Of a DNA stretch of 64,000 nucleotides, positions 46,846-55,438 are shown piece after piece. This DNA comes from a virus (Duplodnaviria; Caudoviricetes), in the IMG/VR virus record IMGVR_UViG_3300020577_012633, positions 1-64,000 of that record; one strand, 5' to 3'. The notes beneath the pieces were generated by a model. It was given only the letters and a program-made list of their open reading frames with translations. It ran no database searches and was not told the DNA's origin. Both the position numbers and the translations under genes were made by a program. The first letter of the stretch is position 1, and every line of letters starts with the position of its first letter.

Positions 46846-47058
46846 TTACTTTTTGCTTTGTTCATACAGCCGTCTAATTACGGCTGCGTTAAGACTTTGA
46901 GAACAATATCCTCCCGTTAAATCCCGAATGGTTGGATGTTCTATCGTTATACCTTCCTGATGAATTTTATCCAAATTCTTTTTAGCTTCTACTGGTGTCA
47001 TTTTTGCGATTTTAGCAGCATAACGCCTTCGCACCGTTGTTAGTTCTGATTCTTTCAT
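46846..47058 (-). CDS. small protein flanked by tRNA-derived direct repeats
   Basis: 70 aa; ATG lies 1 nt after the upstream repeat. Confidence 0.55.
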   Translation of the reverse strand: MKESELTTVRRRYAAKIAKMTPVEAKKNLDKIHQEGITIEHPTIRDLTGGYCSQSLNAAVIRRLYEQSKK

Positions 47059-47059
47059 G

Positions 47060-47087
47060 CTGCTCTATCCAACTGAGCTACCGGGAC
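47060..47087 (-). repeat. tRNA-Arg 5' fragment, direct repeat copy 2
   Basis: 28-nt exact copy of 46813..46840. Confidence 0.9.
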
Positions 47088-47318
47088 AAATGTTATTGAT
47101 TATTTTTTCTTTTCAAGGCTTTTTTCAAGGATCTTTATCATTTCTTTTTTGACTTTAATCCTTTTTTCCATATTACGGACTTCATCCTTGAACATTTTTA
47201 GCCAAAATTTTCTTTGCGGCTTACTGGCTCTTTTTATCAGCTTTTCCATATATTATTACGGTCGCAAAAGTCTAGAGTCGATTTCATGACACTCTCAACC
47301 ACAAAACATGAATACATT

Positions 47319-47906
47319 CTAGCATGCATTTCGATTTTGACTAGAGAAAATGTGCTTTTTACGAAACTCCTGTTTCTTCAAAACAAATTGATCAGGTTTC
47401 CATCTTTTAGACCATTTCTGATAGTCTTGCTCAGAATTAAGCCATGTAATTCCTAATTGTTTTCTCAATGATGCTAAAGTCATATTTTGATAATTTTCAA
47501 AAGCAAAAGAAGAAAGATCTCTAACTCTTGATTTATGTGAAAGAATAAAGCCTCTTGCAAATTGCAGTAAATGGCGACTATCTAATCTGTAATTTTTAGG
47601 ATAGAACCAGGTTGTTAACCACATAAAGAATAGAGCTGATTTTCTGGTTAGTCTAGTATCGCTACCCATAGTAAAACCAATAACAAAAGCTTCATCCAGA
47701 GGATGAAATGAAGAGCAAGTTATAGCATGAATACAATCGTGTCTAAAAAGAGAAATTGCACCTGGAAATGCTATGGGGCTTTTTGGATTTTCAAGAAGCC
47801 ATATTTGCCAAGGAATTTTATCAGGAGTTACTCTTGGCATCTTAGCCAGAATATTCCCTAAAGTTTCCTGAGGATCGAGTTTAGGTTTCCATTCTTTCCA
47901 GTGCAT
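47319..47906 (-). CDS. Coq4-like HDxxH metal-binding protein
   Basis: HDCIH...DEAFVIGFTMG. Confidence 0.5.
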   Translation of the reverse strand: MHWKEWKPKLDPQETLGNILAKMPRVTPDKIPWQIWLLENPKSPIAFPGAISLFRHDCIHAITCSSFHPLDEAFVIGFTMGSDTRLTRKSALFFMWLTTWFYPKNYRLDSRHLLQFARGFILSHKSRVRDLSSFAFENYQNMTLASLRKQLGITWLNSEQDYQKWSKRWKPDQFVLKKQEFRKKHIFSSQNRNAC

Positions 47907-47917
47907 TGTTTGAAACC

Positions 47918-48331
47918 TTAAACAGAACTTGGCCCAATTATCTTGATTATTTCTAATCTGTTTTCTTCAACTTTTATTTCTACTTCTATTCCTTGTTCGC
48001 CATTATCTACAGCATTCTCAAGCAATTCTTTAAGATTATTAACAATATTGTGATCTCCCTGGCCTCGCATAGAAATACAAATGTATCCACATTCATTACT
48101 TATTAGTGCTTTCATTTTGACAGTTGACGTATTGACCAGCTTTTTCCCGCACCAAGGACAAAAACTAATCCCAATAGAGCTATCTCCTCCATCCCTAACA
48201 GGAAGGCCAAAACCACTACTATTTTGAACAACAACAAAATCAGGACAATTTATTTTATTAAGATGCTTTTCGCATTTTCCGCTAAGTTGTTCATTCATCA
48301 TTTCACAACAAGCGGTTATTTGAACTGTCAT
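47918..48331 (-). CDS. Cys-rich hypothetical protein
   Basis: CCEMM...ISFCPWCG. Confidence 0.55.
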   Translation of the reverse strand: MTVQITACCEMMNEQLSGKCEKHLNKINCPDFVVVQNSSGFGLPVRDGGDSSIGISFCPWCGKKLVNTSTVKMKALISNECGYICISMRGQGDHNIVNNLKELLENAVDNGEQGIEVEIKVEENRLEIIKIIGPSSV

Positions 48332-48385
48332 TGTAATCTTACTCCGTTATTCTAATGAAATAGAAATGACGTACAATTATGGGTT

Positions 48386-48844
48386 TTATTTGTTTATAAT
48401 TTTAAAAGTAAATTTTTCAACTAGTGTTTCAACATCTTCTCTTATATGATTTTTACGAATATCATGTTTTTCTCTTTTAAATAACTCTATAGGACATATT
48501 GTTTCTTTAGGATTTTCATCAAACCATTTAATGCAATGAAAAATACTCTTTTCTGCAACTTCTCTAAGCATTTTTTCTGGAATATTTTTACTAAAAGGTT
48601 GGTCCTCTCCTGTAATCCATATATTAGTTATTTTATTACTATCTACGCTGTACCGTATATCAATGTCTCTTGCTATTTCAATAGCAGCTTGCTGAGAATC
48701 TGGAACAGATAAACTGGTTAATCCATACTTTTCAAAAAGTTCATTTGTTGCTATTGTGTAATCTAGTCCAATATATTTTTCTAAAAATTGATTATTTATT
48801 TCTGGATTTTTCATTTCATAATTCCTCAATAAAAATGATGCCAA
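48386..48844 (-). CDS. hypothetical protein
   Basis: 152-aa ORF. Confidence 0.5.
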   Translation of the reverse strand: MASFLLRNYEMKNPEINNQFLEKYIGLDYTIATNELFEKYGLTSLSVPDSQQAAIEIARDIDIRYSVDSNKITNIWITGEDQPFSKNIPEKMLREVAEKSIFHCIKWFDENPKETICPIELFKREKHDIRKNHIREDVETLVEKFTFKIINK

Positions 48845-49058
48845 TAATAGGCATCATTTATTTATGGTTTTTCACATTTTGGGCAATACCAGTATCCGCA
48901 TTCTGGTCCAGCTTCAAGTATCAAATCCAAATTGTGTCTTTTGCATTTTCCTGCATATCTATCTCTTCTAAAAGCGATAAGTATCACAGCAAAAATCAAT
49001 AAACAAGTATATATGTCCATAAAATTTCCTAATATAAGTATTATTTTATCGACAGTAT

Positions 49059-49826
49059 TTAGATACTCCAATGAACAAAATGGACAATTGATACTCCATC
49101 AGGGAGAATGTCTTTTACCTTTTTAGAAGAATCCATCACAAGAGGTTGCTCATTTAAAGCAAGTGTTGATTTGAACTTATTCAGTCCGCCTTCAACAATT
49201 TTGTCTTGGATATTCTGAGGCTTTCCTTGCGCCTTTTTAATAAAGAATTCGCGCTCATTTTGAATAAGACTATCAGGAACTTCCTCAGGCGTAATACAAA
49301 TAGGAGAAGGAGTAGTTGCAACGATATGCATAGCAATGGACTTTTTTACATCATCGCTAACTTTTCCTGAAAACAAAACAATCGAAGCTGTCTTTCGATT
49401 GTGATGAATGTAAAAAGATCCATCAGAAGCTTGAATAGTTTTATTTTCAAATTCTCTGACTACTATATTTTCTCCTGTAGAAGATCGAAGATCCTTTATA
49501 ATTGAATCATCAATTTCAGGACATTCTACAAGCTGTTGACAACCAGATATAACAGTTTGATTATTTGCAGAAAAATCTGTTTCCGTACCAATCTTGACTA
49601 TACAATATCTTATGTTACCAATTCCATATTCCAGATTAACAGCAATAAGTCCCTCTGAGCCATTATCTGGTTTTGTGGTATCAAGACTACCAAGTCTTTC
49701 ACGAAGAAGCTTTTTAGCTATATCAAAGTCGCCATTAGCGTCAATTAAAGCCTGTTTGCAATCAAGCATTGGACAATTGGTTTGAGAACGTAAATCTTTA
49801 ACGGAAAGTGCTGTGATGGTTGACAT
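49059..49826 (-). CDS. tsf: translation elongation factor Ts
   Basis: VKDLRSQT..MLDCKQAL, EGLI, ETDFSA, AMHIVA and KIVEG. Confidence 0.9.
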   Translation of the reverse strand: MSTITALSVKDLRSQTNCPMLDCKQALIDANGDFDIAKKLLRERLGSLDTTKPDNGSEGLIAVNLEYGIGNIRYCIVKIGTETDFSANNQTVISGCQQLVECPEIDDSIIKDLRSSTGENIVVREFENKTIQASDGSFYIHHNRKTASIVLFSGKVSDDVKKSIAMHIVATTPSPICITPEEVPDSLIQNEREFFIKKAQGKPQNIQDKIVEGGLNKFKSTLALNEQPLVMDSSKKVKDILPDGVSIVHFVHWSI

Positions 49827-49828
49827 TT

Positions 49829-50050
49829 TTACTTCTTTCTTTTTATGTGTTCTCTTTTTAAGAGAATATTCTTAACTTCTTGAATGTTTTTTGCTCGTTT
49901 ATCGTTTTCGTTATTGAACCTATCCAGTTCGTATTTATCTAAACTATCTGTATTATAATTTTTGCGCGGATAAGGAAGGCTTTTTTTGTACGCTATCAAT
50001 CGAGAAGTAGATAACTTTTCTAATTCTTCTCTTGAAAGGATCTTCTTCAT
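49829..50050 (-). CDS. hypothetical protein
   Basis: 73 aa, starts directly after the tRNA. Confidence 0.55.
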   Translation of the reverse strand: MKKILSREELEKLSTSRLIAYKKSLPYPRKNYNTDSLDKYELDRFNNENDKRAKNIQEVKNILLKREHIKRKK

Positions 50051-50053
50051 AAG

Positions 50054-50127
50054 TGAGGCAGGCGGGACTTGAACCCGCTAGGACATGATTGAAAGTCATG
50101 GCACTCGACCACTTTGTATTCTGCCCC
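50054..50127 (-). tRNA. tRNA-Glu(TTC), atypical (A8, 3-bp D stem)
   Basis: GGGGCAG/CTGCCTC; CATGA-CTTTCAA-TCATG; GCGGG-TTCAAGT-CCCGC. Confidence 0.75.
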
Positions 50128-50131
50128 GAAA

Positions 50132-50206
50132 TGACCCTGGAGGAATTTGAATCCTCGTTACCGCCGTGAAAGGGCGATGTCCTAAACCAGTCTAGACGAC
50201 AGGGCC
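50132..50206 (-). tRNA. tRNA-Glu(TTC)
   Basis: GGCCCTG/CAGGGTC; TCGCC-CTTTCAC-GGCGG; GAGGA-TTCAAAT-TCCTC. Confidence 0.9.
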
Positions 50207-50223
50207 AAATATATTCAATTGAA

Positions 50224-50295
50224 TGACCCTGACGGGATTCGAACCCGTACTTTCTGACTGAGAATCAGAAATCCTAGCCGTTAGACGACAGGGCC
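50224..50295 (-). tRNA. tRNA-Glu(CTC)
   Basis: GGCCCTG/CAGGGTC; TCTGA-TTCTCAG-TCAGA; ACGGG-TTCGAAT-CCCGT. Confidence 0.9.
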
Positions 50296-50470
50296 AAAAT
50301 AAATCAGTTTTAGGTCTGTTGCTCAAGCCTTTAGGCGAGCCGAACCGCTTCCTTGCGCCTTTTACTGGCGTTCTAGGAAGTTCCTCTGTTCAGATTCTTT
50401 GAGGTTGCGGTTCATGGTAATATCCTTATACAAAGGATATCGGCTGAATTCCTCTGTGTCAAGTCAAAAA

Positions 50471-50857
50471 TCACCAAACGTCAGCAATTTTTATAGTTGG
50501 ATTTTTCTCCACATCAACAGATTCGCCAATCTTCAGCTCTCCAAAAGTGGAAGCATTTACTTCATAATAAGATCTATAATGAATTTTGCTATTATTCGGT
50601 AAAACTTCAATATTTTCAAGTGTTATGATAAACATTTCCGGAGTTTTTGCATAAACGCCGAAATCATAAAGCTGACCATTAACCAACCTGTTTTGTAATA
50701 CATTTAAAACTTTATGATTTGTAGGAGAAACAAAATTCTTTTCAATCAATGTTCCTTTTGTAATAGCAGGACTGGCTACTTTATATTGCTCAGTAGGCAT
50801 GTCGCAACCATTTATTATGGTTATAGCCAAAAGAGCAAAAGGAGCTAACTTTTTCAT
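50471..50857 (-). CDS. putative lipoprotein
   Basis: MKK-hydrophobic-INGC lipobox-like signal. Confidence 0.6.
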   Translation of the reverse strand: MKKLAPFALLAITIINGCDMPTEQYKVASPAITKGTLIEKNFVSPTNHKVLNVLQNRLVNGQLYDFGVYAKTPEMFIITLENIEVLPNNSKIHYRSYYEVNASTFGELKIGESVDVEKNPTIKIADVW

Positions 50858-51135
50858 TGCAGGTATTCCTTGAAGTCTAAATCTGATTTACGCTGTTGAA
50901 TTGTGGGAACGTTGTATATTTTATCAAAATGACAAAAATAACAGTTTGCATGTCCACAATCTAATGGGTGACGATTTCTACACTGTCCTATTCTTTTTTC
51001 AGGTATTTCGTATAATAAGCCTTTTATCTTACGAGAACTATACATTCTTTTAAGAAAAGCGATTCTTTTACGAACGATCTTGCTGGTACGATACAGTCTT
51101 TCTGCTTTTTTCATTACGGTTCTCCATGCGCCCAT
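50854..51135 (-). CDS. basic Cys/His-rich hypothetical protein
   Basis: HPLDCGHANCYFCH. Confidence 0.55.
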   Translation of the reverse strand: MGAWRTVMKKAERLYRTSKIVRKRIAFLKRMYSSRKIKGLLYEIPEKRIGQCRNRHPLDCGHANCYFCHFDKIYNVPTIQQRKSDLDFKEYLQ

Positions 51136-51189
51136 GCGAATTATTTCGCATGGGCATTGTCATGAAGAACTGGTTTTCAATTAAGTGTT

Positions 51190-52164
51190 TCATTGTAAAA
51201 AATAAACTCCGCCATTTTCGGCCCTGAAAACTAAACCTTTTTGCTTTATATATTTTGCAATAGCAGGAGGAACAAACTTTTCCCAAGAATAATCTCTATT
51301 TTGTACCTTTTCCCTAATGTCTGTTGCAGAAATACCTGCAATGTTTTCTGGAACTTTGTATTCATTTACTGCATAGCCTACATTCCTTCCTATGTTGACA
51401 CTTTCAATATCAGGTATTGGTATAACCTGAACATCTTCGCCTACATAGGTTGCTCGTATCATATCCACTCTTTCTTTCACAGTAAATGGGTTTTTTTCAT
51501 CAATCGGAGTATCCCTTACTGCAATAAGAACTGGAATACCTTCGTCCAATTTTTGACGAATAATGAAATCGTGTCCATTATGAAATGGTTGCCAACGTCC
51601 AATAAACAATGCTCTAGGAGAAGAAAATAATGGAAAAATATTTAAGCTTGTAATATGTAAAATTATTTCATTTACGCATTGATCTAACGTCAAAGAGTCA
51701 GTTTTAAGATGAATATCAGGATTTGTAGGAGGTTCATACGGGTCATTTATTCCAGTGAAATTTGATATTTCACCTGCCAAAGCTTTCTTATAAAGACCCT
51801 TTACATCTCTTTTGATACATTCTTCAACCGGGGCATCAACAAACACTTCAACGAAAGTGCAACCTTCAGCTTCTACGGCTTTGCGGGCATGTTCTCTCAT
51901 TACAGCGTATGGAGATATAAGACTGACAACGGCAATACCGCCATGCTTAACAATCTTAGATGCCAGGAAAGAAACAGTTTTACCGTTTTCTATCCTATCT
52001 TCCTTAGAGAAGCCTAGCGATTTTGTATACATCGCTCTAAGCAGGTCTCCATCAAGAAGGTCATGTTTAATACCTTCATCCTCAAGATATTGGCATATTT
52101 CTTGAGCTATTGTCGTTTTACCAGAAGAGGGAAGTCCAGTTAACCATATGCAGCATCCTGACAT
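51190..52164 (-). CDS. cysC: adenylyl-sulfate kinase fused to a cytidylyltransferase-like domain
   Basis: WLTGLPSSGKTT, LDGD, RDVKGLY, FTGINDPYE; C-domain GRWQPFHNGH and ISATDIR. Confidence 0.85.
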   Translation of the reverse strand: MSGCCIWLTGLPSSGKTTIAQEICQYLEDEGIKHDLLDGDLLRAMYTKSLGFSKEDRIENGKTVSFLASKIVKHGGIAVVSLISPYAVMREHARKAVEAEGCTFVEVFVDAPVEECIKRDVKGLYKKALAGEISNFTGINDPYEPPTNPDIHLKTDSLTLDQCVNEIILHITSLNIFPLFSSPRALFIGRWQPFHNGHDFIIRQKLDEGIPVLIAVRDTPIDEKNPFTVKERVDMIRATYVGEDVQVIPIPDIESVNIGRNVGYAVNEYKVPENIAGISATDIREKVQNRDYSWEKFVPPAIAKYIKQKGLVFRAENGGVYFLQ

Positions 52165-52216
52165 GTTTTGTTCCTTTTCCTTTTTATCGGCAAAGAAACA
52201 AAACTGATTTTTAGTA

Positions 52217-52738
52217 TCACTTACTTTTAAGTATTTCTTGACGCATTTTCACCCATTCTCTCATTTCGTCTTTCGCCACTTGAATATCAAAGAAATATCG
52301 AGAGAAGCCTTCTTGTTCGTCAGGAGACTCACAGCAAAGTCCATCAACCCCGACAATCCATCTTCCTCGATCGCAATAAGAAGGTCTCTGAGTAATCCAA
52401 ATTAACCATTCACCTTTTACCCCGTTTACCATAACAGGAAATTTAGCATACCAGGTTAAATCTCTTGAAACCCATTCCCAACTTATTCCAAGTTCTTTAT
52501 CAGGTTCATCTGTAGCATGATGAATATTGTGCAATGAATAATCAAGAATAGTCCATCCAAACAATTCAAATTTCAATTTGAATTGCGGAGTATGATCTAT
52601 CTCTTTATTAATTTCAATCCAGGTTGAAAAATTGAAAAAAGACCCTAGTTTTTGAAACAGGGTCAATTCAGTTGAGTAGTTCTTTCCAAGCATTGTTGAA
52701 AAGAACAATAGTTTTCCATCAAGAAAAGAAAATTTCAT
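52217..52738 (-). CDS. hypothetical protein
   Basis: 173 aa; RPSYCDRGRW motif. Confidence 0.6.
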   Translation of the reverse strand: MKFSFLDGKLLFFSTMLGKNYSTELTLFQKLGSFFNFSTWIEINKEIDHTPQFKLKFELFGWTILDYSLHNIHHATDEPDKELGISWEWVSRDLTWYAKFPVMVNGVKGEWLIWITQRPSYCDRGRWIVGVDGLCCESPDEQEGFSRYFFDIQVAKDEMREWVKMRQEILKSK

Positions 52739-53013
52739 GGTTCATCCATTAGACATTCGGAAAGAGAACTTGCAACTCCCCATATAGCAGCAACCGCTAT
52801 ATCAACAAGTTCATCTCTTCTTTCGGGAGTTTCTTTTTGAACTTCAACCAGAAGTTCATGATGTTCTTCGTTGATCTTTCCAAGGATTTCGTGCCATGAA
52901 ACAAATCCGCCATTCCCATGCTTGTCTATGGCTTTTTTCAGCCTTGCTCTAGCGAGTTTGAATGCTGCTTCAAACGAGGCTTTATTGATTGGAGGGCGAA
53001 TAGGCTTCGGCAT
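52735..53013 (-). CDS. MazG-like all-alpha NTP pyrophosphatase
   Basis: EILGKINEEHHEL...DELVDIA (EExxE/ExxD). Confidence 0.6.
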   Translation of the reverse strand: MPKPIRPPINKASFEAAFKLARARLKKAIDKHGNGGFVSWHEILGKINEEHHELLVEVQKETPERRDELVDIAVAAIWGVASSLSECLMDEP

Positions 53014-53392
53014 TAGAGAAATCCTTGAATAAGCATTGAGGCAATCCTTCTACCTCATTGTAGCCCAAGCCTTTTAGTTTGTCCATAATGATTGGGTTCA
53101 AAATTGATTCAACGTATACACAACAATTTCTTCTCGTTGCATCAACTTCACACGCTTTCAGTATTGAAGAAAAAACTCCTTTTCTTTGTTTGTCAGGAGA
53201 GACATCTATAGATGCTATGTCGATAGACGTTCTTTTTTTGCCATTTATATACCTTAGAGTAATCCTCAGGTACAATTTATACCCAAGAGATTCATTCTCA
53301 AACCATCCTCGTAATATAGGACCAAATTTGGGAGTTTTTATAGGTACAGATTCTAAAATGTTTTTAATACCAGAAAATACTTGATTATTCAT
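52982..53392 (-). CDS. GNAT-like acetyltransferase
   Basis: IASIDVSPDKQRKGVF acetyl-CoA motif A. Confidence 0.6.
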   Translation of the reverse strand: MNNQVFSGIKNILESVPIKTPKFGPILRGWFENESLGYKLYLRITLRYINGKKRTSIDIASIDVSPDKQRKGVFSSILKACEVDATRRNCCVYVESILNPIIMDKLKGLGYNEVEGLPQCLFKDFSNAEAYSPSNQ

Positions 53393-53705
53393 TTACAAGA
53401 TCCTCTGGTGGGTCAAAATGATTACGAGGAACTGACAAAGCTATTGATATTTTCACTAGAGCAATATTGGATGGGCTTATTTCTGCGTTTGTTATTTTTA
53501 CTATATATTCTTCTGGTAAACCTGAAAGTAAGGATAGCATTCCGGTGCTAAACTTATTTTCATCCATGATAGTTGTGATTTTTCTGGAAATCCACATCTT
53601 CCATGCCAAGAATTTTTCACTTGGAGGATTACTTCCAAAATTGTCAAACGAATTAATTTGATCGTCCATAAGAATCCAATCTAGCCGCATCTTGGGAAAT
53701 TGCAA
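53385..53705 (-). CDS. XRE-type HTH protein
   Basis: LSLLSGLPEEYIVKI...PS...LVKISIALSV. Confidence 0.55.
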   Translation of the reverse strand: MQFPKMRLDWILMDDQINSFDNFGSNPPSEKFLAWKMWISRKITTIMDENKFSTGMLSLLSGLPEEYIVKITNAEISPSNIALVKISIALSVPRNHFDPPEDLVNE

Positions 53706-53708
53706 GCT

Positions 53709-54380
53709 TTATTTTTTAGAATTACTGTCAGTCGAATCAAAAGACAGGTCTTCAGCGACTCCTCTAAAGACAAAGTTGGATACATATTGATAGGAACTAG
53801 AAACAAGGCGGTACATGGTTTCCCAGATACGACGGAAAACATCATCCATCAAAGACCAAAATGCGACAAAAGGCCAGTATCCCATCCAACCTATAATGCG
53901 GGCCTTATTATCCTTAGCACTGGGAATGATTTCTGCAATTCTAACTGGAGTTGGCTTAAAATCATCTTGTTCAAAATGATTCTTATGGGGATACTTTGAA
54001 CGAAGATGACGAATCCATTCATTCTTCAAATTATCTGGAATTGATTTTTCGCCTTTTTGTCCATTACGTTCAAGAAAATTTTCTTTTATTTCATCAAATG
54101 AATCTCTGGCGTCTCGAACATAGAAGTACCATTTTAGAAAAGAAGTAATCAATGCTCCAAGCAGGTAGGCGATTCCTCCGTAAATCAAAACTTGTTTATT
54201 TTCAGTGAAGAATGACCATTTTACTCCGCTAAACGCGAACAGAATGGCAAAGAATCCAAGTACGGTAAAGAAAGCAATACTGAATTTTTCATATACAACC
54301 TGAGAAAGCACTGCAATAAAAAATACAGCGACCAAAACCCAGAAGAATACTCCACCAAAAGTGAAAAGTTCATAGATCAT
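53709..54380 (-). CDS. multi-pass membrane protein
   Basis: three N-terminal TM helices plus WMGYWP. Confidence 0.7.
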   Translation of the reverse strand: MIYELFTFGGVFFWVLVAVFFIAVLSQVVYEKFSIAFFTVLGFFAILFAFSGVKWSFFTENKQVLIYGGIAYLLGALITSFLKWYFYVRDARDSFDEIKENFLERNGQKGEKSIPDNLKNEWIRHLRSKYPHKNHFEQDDFKPTPVRIAEIIPSAKDNKARIIGWMGYWPFVAFWSLMDDVFRRIWETMYRLVSSSYQYVSNFVFRGVAEDLSFDSTDSNSKK

Positions 54381-54383
54381 GTT

Positions 54384-55370
54384 TTATCTCTTAACCCCTG
54401 CCGTTCTTACGAAGAGTTCACTAACAGACAGGTTGTTATGAACTCTATAAATGGCTTCTGCAAGAAGTTGACTTACGCACAAGTCAATAAACTTCTCACA
54501 GACACGAGATGCATTTGATGCGGTCGGTATAGTGTTTGTTGTTACTATCTGGTTGATGGGACTTGCTACAAGCCTTTCAATTGCAGGACCAGAAAACAAG
54601 CCATGAGTTGCGCCTGCAATTATCTTTACCGCCCCTTCATTCATGACAAGATTAGCAGCTTCACAAACTGTTCCTGCTGTTGAAATCATGTCATCAAACA
54701 TTAGGACAGTTTTGCCTTTTACATCACCAATAATACGACGATCAATAGACACTTTAGATCCACTAACTCTCTTTTTATTGATAATCGCAAGATCACCATC
54801 AAGCATATTAGCCATAGCTTCTGCGACCTTGACATTTCCAACATCAGGAGAAACTAGGCAAAGATCTCCAAGTTCTTCTCTATTCTTAGTAAAATACTCA
54901 AGAAATACTGGAGTTGCGCTCAAGTGATCAACTGGGATATCAAAGAAACCTTGAATCTGCGCCGCATGCAAATCAATAGCAATGATTCTATCTGCGCCTG
55001 CTTCTGTTAATAGGTTCGCAACCATTTTAGCAGTAATTGGCACTCGTCCTTTATCTTTACGATCTTGACGACCATATCCAAAATAAGGTATAACAGGAAT
55101 AATCTGCTTCGCAGACGATCTGCGAAGGCAATCAATAAATATCATCAATTCCATCAAATTGTCATTTGTTGGATTTGAAGTTGAAAGTATGACGAAGCAA
55201 TCTCTTCCTCTTACATCTTCATCAATACTTACTATTATTTCGCTGTCAGGGAATATTTCTGTTCTGGACTTACCAACATCTATCATCAAGTGGTCACAAG
55301 TCTTAGTAGCAAGATTGGACGAATGTAGACCAGAAAATACTTTAACTTTATTTTGGCTAAGATTCTTCAT
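54384..55370 (-). CDS. prs: ribose-phosphate pyrophosphokinase
   Basis: FPDSE, PYFGYGRQDRK, DLHAAQIQGFFD, SPDVG and DDMISTAGT. Confidence 0.95.
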   Translation of the reverse strand: MKNLSQNKVKVFSGLHSSNLATKTCDHLMIDVGKSRTEIFPDSEIIVSIDEDVRGRDCFVILSTSNPTNDNLMELMIFIDCLRRSSAKQIIPVIPYFGYGRQDRKDKGRVPITAKMVANLLTEAGADRIIAIDLHAAQIQGFFDIPVDHLSATPVFLEYFTKNREELGDLCLVSPDVGNVKVAEAMANMLDGDLAIINKKRVSGSKVSIDRRIIGDVKGKTVLMFDDMISTAGTVCEAANLVMNEGAVKIIAGATHGLFSGPAIERLVASPINQIVTTNTIPTASNASRVCEKFIDLCVSQLLAEAIYRVHNNLSVSELFVRTAGVKR

Positions 55371-55438
55371 ATGCCTTCTTTCTTTTTTGATGATCTCTCA
55401 AAGGCGTATCGCCTATAAGCGAAAAGAAAGCATTCCTT

